Shown here: positions 1 to 7,000 of the stretch, piece by piece
Layout of the letters: the number at the start of each line of letters is the position of its first letter
Numbering within the stretch: position 1 is the stretch's first letter
Origin: Eledone cirrhosa
Lineage: Eukaryota
Assembly (NCBI GenBank): GCA_964016885.1
Contig: CAXHJY010000273.1
Location: forward strand, 1-7,000
Reading direction: 5' to 3'
Length of the DNA stretch: 7,000 nucleotides
Made by a program: the position numbers and the translations under genes
The notes under the pieces: generated by a model
Seen by the model: only the letters and a program-made list of their open reading frames with translations
The model's database searches: none
Told to the model about the DNA's origin: nothing

Positions 1-2090
1 TGTCGTTGGTGGTGGTGATGTTGTTGGTGTTTCGTTGTTGTTTTTATTGTAGTTAGTTGTGATGATGCTGTTGTTGTCGTTGGTGGTGGTGATGTTGTTG
101 GTGTTTTGTTGTTGTTTTTATTGTTGTTAGTTGTGATGCTGCTGTTGTTGTTGTTAGTGGTGGTGATGTTGTTGGTGTTTCGTTGTTGTTTTTATTGTAG
201 TTAGTTGTGATGATGCTGCTGTTGTCGTTGGTGGTGGTGATGATGTTGGTGTTTCGTTGTTGTTTTTATTGTTAGTTGTGATGCTTCTGTTGTTGTCGTT
301 GGTGGTGGTGATGTTGTTGGTGTTTCGTTGTTGTTTTTATTGTTGTTAGTTGTGATGCTGCTGTTGTTGTGGTTGGTGGTGGTGATGTTGTTGGTGTTTC
401 GTTGTTGTTTTTATTGTAGTTAGTTGTGATGCTGCTGTTGTTGTCGTTGGTGGTGGTGATGTTGTTGGTGTTTCGTTGTTGTTTTTATTGTAGTTAGTTG
501 TGATGATGCTGTTGTTGTCGTTGGTGGTGGTGATGTTGTTGGTGTTTCGTTGTTGTTTTTATTGTAGTTAGTTGTGATGCTGCTGTTGTTGTCGTTGGTG
601 GTGGTGATGTTGTTGGTGTTTCGTTTTTGTTTTTATTGTAGTTAGTTGTGATGCTGCTGTTGTTGTCGTTGGTGGTGGTGATGTTGTTGGTGTTTCGTTG
701 TTGTTTTTATTGTTAGTTGTGATGCTTCTGTTGTTGTGGTTGGTGGTGGTGATGTTGTTGGTGTTTCGTTGTTGTTTTTATTGTAGTTAGTTGTGATGCT
801 GCTGTTGTTGTCGTTGGTGGTGGTGATGTTGTTGGTGTTTCGTTGTTGTTTTTATTGTAGTTAGTTGTGATGATGCTGTTGTTGTCATTGGTGGTGGTGA
901 TGTTGTTGGTGTTTTGTTGTTGTTTTTATTGTTGTTAGTTGTGATGCTGCTGTTGTTGTGGTTGGTGGTGGTGATGTTGTTGGTGTTTTGTTGTTGTTTT
1001 TATTGTTGTTAGTTGTGATGCTTCTGTTGTTGTCGTTGGTGGTGGTGATGTTGTTGGTGTTTCGTTGTTGTTTTTATTGTAGTTAGTTGTGATGCTGCTG
1101 TTGTTGTCGTTGGTGGTGGTGATGTTGTTGGTGTTTCGTTGTTGTTTTTATTGTAGTTAGTTGTGATGCTGCTGCTGTTGTCGTTGGTGGTGGTGATGAT
1201 GTTGGTGTTTCGTTGTTGTTTTATTGTTGTTAGTTGTGATGCTGCTGTTGTTGTCCTTGGTTATGATGTTGTTGGTGTTTCGTTGTTGTTTTTATTGTTG
1301 TTAGTTGTGATGCTGCTGTTGTTGTGGTTGGTGGTGGTGATGTTGTTGGTGTTTCGTTGTTGTTTTATTGTTGTTAGTTGTGATGCTGCTGTTGTTGTCG
1401 TTGGTGGTGATGTTGTTGGTGTTTCGTTGTTGTTTTTATGGTTGTTAGTTGTGATGCTGCTGTTGTTGTCGTTGGTGGTGGTGATGTTGTTGGTGTTTCG
1501 TTGTTGTTTTTATTGTTGTTAATTGTGATGCTTCTATTGTTGTCGTTGGTGGTGGTGATGTTGTTGGTGTTTCGTTGTTGTTTTTATTGTTGTTAGTTGT
1601 GATGCTGCTGTTGTTGTGGTTGGTGGTTGTGATGTTGTTGGTGTTTCGTTGTTGTTTTTATTGTTGTTAGTTGTGATGCTGCTGTTGTTGTGGTTGGTGG
1701 TGGTGATGTTGTTGGTGTTTCGTTGTTGTTTTTATTGTTGTTAGTTGTGATGCTGCTGTTGTTGTCGTTTGGTGGTGGTGATGTTGTTGGTGTTTCGTTG
1801 TTGTTTTTATTGTTGTTAGTTGTGATGCTTCTGTTGTTGTCGTTGGTGGTGTTGATGTTGTTGGTGTTTCGTTGTTGTTTTTATTGTTGTTAGTTGTGAT
1901 GCTTCTGTTGTTGTCGTTGTTGGTGGTGATGTTGTTGGTGGTGTTGGTAGTTTTGGTGGTGTTGTTGTCGTTTCGTTGTTGTTTTTATTGTTGTTAGTTG
2001 TTATGCTGTTGTTGTTGTGGTTGGTGGTGGTGATGTTGTTGGTGTTTCGTTGTTGTTTTTATTGTTGTTAGTTGTGATGCTGCTGTTGTC
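1..2090. repeat. Tandem array of 74-bp GT-rich minisatellite/satellite monomers (28 copies, open at the left window edge)
   Basis: Consensus tgt(c/g)gttggtggtggtgatgttgttggtgtttcgttgttgtttttattgt(t/a)gttagttgtgatgct(g/t)ctgttgt. Monomer starts at 1, 75, 149, 223, 294, 368, 442, 516, 590, 664, 735, 809, 883, 957, 1031, 1105, 1179, 1252, 1323, 1396, 1467, 1541, 1615, 1689, 1763, 1838, 1912, 2016. Most are 74 bp; variants are 71 (triplet deletion), 73 and 75 (T-run slippage), and one 104 bp. There are no spacers. Consensus composition: 40 T, 26 G, 4 A, 4 C. Confidence 0.97.
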
Positions 2091-2420
2091 AACGGTGTTG
2101 AAGATGTTGGCGTTGATAGTGATTTTGTTGGTGGTGATGGTGATGATGCTGTTGTTGGTGGTGGTGATGATGTTGATGTTGGTGTTTCTTTGTTGTTGTT
2201 GTTGTTTTGTTGTTAGTTGTGATGGTGTTTATTATTGTTGTTCTTGTTTTTGTTGGCGGCGTAGGTAGTGATGCTGCTGTTGTCGTTGGTGGTGGTAGTG
2301 GTGGTTATGGGGATGTGGTGTTGCTGTTGCTGTTATTGTTGATGGTGGTGGTGGTGATCCTGCTGGTGTCGTTATTGGTGGTGGTAATGGCAGTGGGAAT
2401 GTTTGTGCTGCTGGTGGTGG
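2091..2420. repeat. Degenerate cryptically simple transition zone with decayed 74-bp monomer fragments
   Basis: Has the highest A/C content in the window and unique k-mers (aacggtgttgaag, ggcggcgtagg, gatcctgctgg, aatggcagtgggaat). 2140-2227 aligns to the monomer with several substitutions and triplet indels. 2268-2296 (gtgatgctgctgttgtcgttggtggtggt) is a monomer junction lacking one gtt. The right boundary is approximate. Confidence 0.75.
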
Positions 2421-5400
2421 TGTTAGTAGCGTTGGTGGTGTTGGTAGTGTTGTTGGTGTTGTTGGTGTTGGGGGTATTGTTGGTAGTGTTGTTGGTGTTG
2501 GTAGTGTTGTTGGTGTTGTTGGTAGTGTGGGTGGTGTTGGGGCTATTGGTGTTGTTGGTGGTGTTGGTAGTGTTGGTGGTGTTGTTTGTGTTGGTGGTAT
2601 TGGTGTTGTTGGTGGTGTTTGTAGTTTTGGTGGTGTTGTTGGTGTTGGCGGTATTGGTGTTGTTGTTGGTGTTGGTAGTTTGGTGGTGTTGTTGGTGTTG
2701 GTAGTTTGGTGGTGTTGTTGTTTTTGGGGCTATTGGTGTTGTTAGTGGTGTTGGTAGTGTTGGTGGTCTTGTTGGTGTTGGGGGTATTGGTGGTGGTGAT
2801 GGTGTTGGTATTGTTGGTGGTGTTGTTGTTGTTGTTGGGGGTATTGTTGCTAGTGTTTGTAGTGTTGGGTTATTGTTGGTAGTGTTGGTGGAGGAGTTGG
2901 TGGTGTTAGTGGTCTTGTTGGTGTTGGTGGTATTGGTGTTGGTTGTGGCGTTGGTAGTGTTGATGGTCTTGTTGGTTTTGGGGCTATTGGTGTTGGTGGT
3001 GCTGTTGGTAGTGTTGGTGGTGTTGTTGGTGTTGGTGGTGTTGGTGGTATTGGTGGTGTTGATAGTGTTGGTGGTGTTGTTAGTGTTGGGGGTATTGGTG
3101 TTGGTGGTGGTGTTGGTAGTGTTGGTGGTCTTGTTGGTGTTGGGGGTGTTTGTGTTGTTGGTGGTTTTGGTAGTGTTGGTGGTGTTGTTATTGTTGGGGG
3201 TATTGGTGCGGTTAGTTGTGTTTGTAGTGTTGGTGGTGTTGTTGGTGTTGGTGGTGTTGGTGGTGTTGGTGGTGTTGGTAGTGTTGGTGGTGTTGTTGGT
3301 GTTGGTGGTATTGGTGTTGTTAGTGGTGTTGGTAGTGTTAGTGGTGTTGTTGGTTTTGAGGCTAGTGGTGTTGGTTATAGGTGTTGGTAGTGTTGGTGGT
3401 CTTGTTGGAGTTGGGGGTATTGGTGTTGGTGGTGATGTTTGTAGTGTTGGTGGTGTTGTTGGTGTTAGGGTTATTGGTGTTGTTAGTGGTGTTTGTAGTG
3501 TTGGTGGTCTTGTTGGTGTTGGTGGTGTTGGTGGTGTTGGTGGTGTTGGTAGTGTTGGTGATAGTGTTGGTGGTGTTGGTGGTGTTGGTGGTAGTGTTGG
3601 TGGTGTTGGTGGTGTCGTTGGTGTTGGGGGTATTGGTGTTGTTGTTGGTGTTGGGGGTATTGGTGTTGTAGTGGTGTTTGTATTGTTGGTGGTGTTGGGG
3701 TATTGGTGTTGGTGGTGGTGTTGGTAGTGTTGGTGGTCTTGTCGGTATTGGGGGTATTGTTGGTAGTGTTGGTGGTGTTGGTTGTGTTTGTGGTGGTGCT
3801 GGTAGTGTTGGTGGTGTTGGTGGTGTTGGTGGTGTTGGTGGTGTTGTTGGTGTTGGGGTTATTGGCGTTGTTAGTGGTGTTTGTAGTGTTGGTGGTGTTG
3901 GTGTTGTTGGTGGTGGTGCTGGTAGTGTTGGTGGTGTTGGTGGTGTTGATGGTGGTGTTGGTGTTGGTGGTGTTGTTGTTGCTGGGGGTATTGGTGTTGT
4001 TGGTGGTGTTGGTATTGTTGGTGGTGTTGTTGGTGTTGGTGGTGGTGTTGGTAGTGTTGGTGGTGTTGGTGGTGTTGGTGGTGTTGGTAGTGTTGGTGGT
4101 TTTGTTGGTGTTGGGGGTATTGGTGTTGTTGGTGGTGTTAGTAGTGTTGGTGGTGTTGTTGTTTTGGGGGGTATTGGTGTGTTGGTGGTGTTGGTAGTGT
4201 TGGTGGTGTTGGTGGTGTTTGGGCGTATTGGTGTTGTTGGTGGTGTTGGTAGTGTTGGTGATGTTGTTGGTGTTGGGGGTTTGGTGTTGTTGATGGTGCT
4301 GGTAGTGTTTGCTGGTGTTGTTAGTGGTGTTTGTAGTGTTGGTGGTTTTGTTGGTGTTGGTAGTGTTGGTGGCGTTGTTCGTGTTGGGGGTATTGGTGTT
4401 GTTAGTGGTGTTTGTAGTGTTGGTGGTGTTGGTTGTGTTGGTGGTGGTGCTGATAGTGTTGGTGGTGTTGGTGGTGTTGGTGGTGTTGGTAGTGTTGGTG
4501 GTGTTGTTGGTATTGGGGGTATAGGTGTTGTTAGTGGTGTTGGTAGTGTTGGTGGTGTTGTTGGTGTTGGGGTATTGGTGTTGTTGTTGGTGTTGGTGGT
4601 GTTGGTGGTGGTGTTGGTGTTGGTGGTGTTGGTGTTGTTAGTGGTGTTTGTAGTGTTGGTGGTGTTGTTGTTTTGGGGGGTATTGGTGTTGTTAGTGGTG
4701 TTTGTAGTGTTGGTGGTGTTGGTGGTGGTGTTGGTGTTGGTGGTGGTGTTGGTAGTGTTGGTGGTGTTGGTGGTGTTGGTGGTGTTGGTAGTGTTGGTGG
4801 TTTTGTTGGTGTTGGGGGTATTAGTGTTGTTGGTGGTGTTGGTAGTGTTGGTGGTGTTGTTGGTGTTTGTGGTGGTGTTGGTAGTGTTGGTGGTGTTGGT
4901 GGTGTTGGTGGTGTTGGTAGTGTTGGTGGTTTTGTTGGTGTTGGGGGTATTGGTGTTGGTGGTGGTGTTGGTATTGTTGGTGGTGTTGTTGATGTTGGTG
5001 GTGGTGTTGGTAGTGTTGGTGGTGTTGGTGGTGTTGGTGGTGCTGGTAGTGTTGGTGGTTTTGTTGATGTTGGTGGTATTGGTGTTGGTGGTGGTGTTGG
5101 TATTGTTGGTGGTGTTGTTGATGTTGGTGGTGGTGTTGGTAGTGTTGGTGGTGTTGGTGGTGTTGGTGGTGTTGGTAGTGTTGGTGGTTTTGTTGGTGTT
5201 GGGGGTATTGGTGTTGTTGGTGGTGTTGGCAGTGTTGGTGGTGTTGTTGTTTTGGGTGGTATTGGTGTTGTTGGTGGTGTTGGTAGTGTTGGTGGTGTTG
5301 TTGGTTTTGGGGGTATTGTTGGTAGTGTTGATGGTGTTGTTGATGTTGGTGGTATTGGTGTTGGTGGTGGTGTTGGTATTGTTGGTGGTGTTGCTGATGT

Positions 5401-5889
5401 TGGTGGTGGTGTTGGTAGTGTTGGTGGTGTTGGTGGTGTTGGTGGTGTTGGTAGTGTTGGTGGTTTTGTTGGTGTTGGGGGTATTGGTGTTGTTGGTGGT
5501 GGTGTTACTGTTGGTGGTGTTGTACGTGTTGGAGGTGTTAGTGGTGTTGTTGGTGTTGTTGGTAGTGTGTTGGTGTTGTTGGTGTTGTTGTTGTTAGTGG
5601 TGCTGTTGGTGTTGGTGGTGTTGGTCGTGTTGGTGGTGTTGTTGGTGTTGTTGGTGTTGGTGGTATTGGTGTTGTTGTGGTGTTGATAGTGTTGGTGGTG
5701 TTGTTGCTGTTGGGGGTATTGGTGTGGTGGTGTTGTTGGTGTTGGTGGTGTTGGTGGTGTGGTTGGTGTTGGTGGTGTTGTTGGTGTTGGTGGTGTTGTT
5801 GGTGTTGGTTGTGTGGTTGGTGTTGGGGGTATTGATCTTGGTGGTGCTGTTGATAGTGTTGGTGGTGTTGTTGGTGTTGGGGGTATTGG
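2421..5889. repeat. G-rich (GGT/GTT)n compound minisatellite core with an underlying ~54-bp unit
   Basis: Recurrent 18-triplet unit GGT AGT GTT GGT GGT (G/C/T)TT GTT GGT GTT GGG GGT ATT GGT GTT GTT (G/A)GT GGT GTT, with consecutive starts at 3386, 3440, 3494, 3548. It is interspersed with (GGTGGTGTT)n 9-bp runs and truncated units. C is almost absent. Confidence 0.9.
4751..5250. repeat. 129-bp higher-order tandem repeat within the core (3 full copies plus most of a fourth)
   Basis: Copies start with ggtagt at 4751, 4880, 5009, 5138. The diagnostic ttt triplet falls at 4802, 4931, 5060, 5189, exactly 129 bp apart. The unit is made of 36 + 54 + 39 bp sub-blocks. Confidence 0.88.
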
Positions 5890-7000
5890 TGTTGTTGGTG
5901 GTGGTGATGTTGTTGATGTTTTGTTGTTTTTATTGTTGTTAGTTGTGATGTTGCTGTTGTTGTCATTGGTGGTGGTGATGTTGTTTGTGTTTCGTTGTTG
6001 TTTTTATTGTTGTTAGTTGTGATGCTGCTGTTGTTGTGGTTGGTGGTGGTGATGTTGTTGGTGTTTCGTTGTTGTTTTTATTGTTGTTAGTTGTGATGAT
6101 GCTGTTGTTGTCGTTGGTGGTGGTGATGTTGTTGGTGTTTCGTTGTTGTTTTTATCGTTGTTAGTTGTGATGCTGCTGTTGTTGTCGTTGGTGGTGGTGA
6201 TGTTGTTGGTGTTTCGTTGTTGTTTTTATTGTTGTTAGTTGTGATGCTTCTGTTGTGGTGGTTGGTGGTTGTGATGTTGTTGGTGTTTCGTTGTTGTTTT
6301 TATTGTTGTTAGTTGTGATGCTGCTGTTGTTGTGGTTGGTGGTTGTGATGTTGTTGGTGTTTCGTTGTTGTTTTTATTGTTGTTAGTTGTGATGCTTCTG
6401 TTGTTGTGGTTGGTGGTTGTGATGTTGTTGGTGTTTCGTTGTAGTTTTTATTGTTGTTAGTTGTGATGGTGCTGTTGTTGTGGTTGGTGGTGGTGATGTT
6501 GTTGGTGTTTCGTTGTTGTTTTCATTGTTGTTAGTTGTGATTCTTCTGTTGTTGTCGTTGGTGGTGGTGATGTTGTTGGTGTTTCGTTGTTGTTTTCATT
6601 GTTGTTAGTTGTGATTCTTCTGTTGTTGTCGTTGGTGGTGGTGATGTTGTTGGTGTTTCGTTGTTGTTTTTATTGTTGTTCGTTGTGATGCTTCTGTTGT
6701 TGTCGTTGATGGTTGTGATGTTGTTGGTGTTTCGTTGTTGTTTTTATTGTTGTTAGTTGTGATGCTTCTGTTGTGGTTGGTGGTGGTGATGTTGTTGGTG
6801 TTTCGTTGTTGTTTTTATTGTTGTTATTTGTGATGCTTCTGTTGTTGTCGTTGGTGGTGGTGATGTTGTTGGTGTTTCGTTGTTGTTTTATTGTTGTTAG
6901 TTGTGATGCTGCTGTTGTTGTCGTTGGTGGTGATGTTGTTGGTGTTTCGTTGTTGTTTTTATTGTTGTTAGTTGTGATGCTGCTGTTGTTGTGGTTGGTG
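5890..7000. repeat. Second array of the same 74-bp monomer, same orientation (15 copies plus a partial, open at the right window edge)
   Basis: Monomer starts at 5890, 5961, 6035, 6109, 6183, 6257, 6331, 6405, 6479, 6553, 6627, 6701, 6772, 6846, 6919, 6990. Same consensus as 1-2090. The first copy (71 bp) is among the most diverged. Confidence 0.97.

Noticed and set aside
1-2090. CRISPR array (regular ~74-bp period)
   Set aside because: Monomers are conserved along their entire length with no unique spacers, no palindromic repeat, no leader and no cas genes.
1163-2268. Short Val/Leu/Cys-rich + strand ORFs (1163-1522, 1690-1893, 2017-2268) as membrane peptides
   Set aside because: They are translations of the 74-mer. 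Since 74 is not divisible by 3, the frame cycles through all three readings, and ORF length depends only on monomer indels that dodge a TAG or TGA stop.
2091-5893. Transposon or retroelement insertion
   Set aside because: No terminal inverted repeats beyond a trivial aac/gtt, no LTRs, poly(A) or enzyme ORF. The apparent tgttgt duplication at the junctions is ubiquitous in this sequence.
5538-5966. Minus-strand 142-aa His/Gln/Thr/Pro-rich ORF
   Set aside because: Its ATG comes from a single-base monomer variant (gtcatt at 5962-5967). It crosses the satellite/core junction and drifts through all three low-complexity registers.
2207-6016. Long poly-Val/Leu and Gly/Val ORFs, including the 639-aa 3678-5597 ORF
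   Set aside because: A-poor DNA rarely forms stop codons. The ORFs overlap in different frames and switch between G/V and V/L readings at 1-2 bp indels. Hundreds of consecutive V/L residues are not a plausible protein.
1-7000. Bisulfite-converted DNA as the cause of C depletion
   Set aside because: A is about as depleted as C, which conversion would not cause, and Cs remain in non-CpG contexts such as ctt and cta.
1-7000. Canonical telomerase repeat tract (TTAGGG, TTAGG, TTGGGG, TG1-3)
   Set aside because: There is no tandem run of any such unit; ttgggg occurs only as isolated motifs, and frequent TT dinucleotides are incompatible with TG1-3.
1-7000. tRNA, rRNA, structured ncRNA, intrinsic terminators or promoters
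   Set aside because: With almost no A or C on the + strand, Watson-Crick hairpins cannot form. The T runs have no preceding stem, and no recognisable RNA-gene or promoter motif is present.

Overview
The whole 7 kb is low-complexity tandem-repeat DNA with extreme strand asymmetry: the + strand is about 90% G+T and is built almost entirely from T-ending triplets (GGT, GTT, GAT, GCT, AGT, ATT). It has four parts. (1) 1-2090: 28 head-to-tail copies of a 74-bp minisatellite/satellite monomer. (2) 2091-~2420: a more complex, degenerate transition zone holding decayed monomer pieces. (3) ~2421-5889: a G-richer (GGT/GTT)n core with an underlying 54-bp unit and a local 129-bp higher-order repeat. (4) 5890-7000: 15 more 74-bp monomers plus a partial one, in the same orientation and nearly in register with the left array. 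Both arrays run off the window ends. I find no credible gene, RNA gene, transposon or CRISPR array; the listed ORFs are best explained as by-products of the triplet composition. The sequence looks like eukaryotic cryptically simple/satellite DNA, but the organism cannot be identified from it. I cannot support a new protein-coding system. What is worth following up is repeat architecture: nested periods, position-restricted variants, and apparent sequence exchange between core and satellite. All counts and coordinates were worked out by hand.
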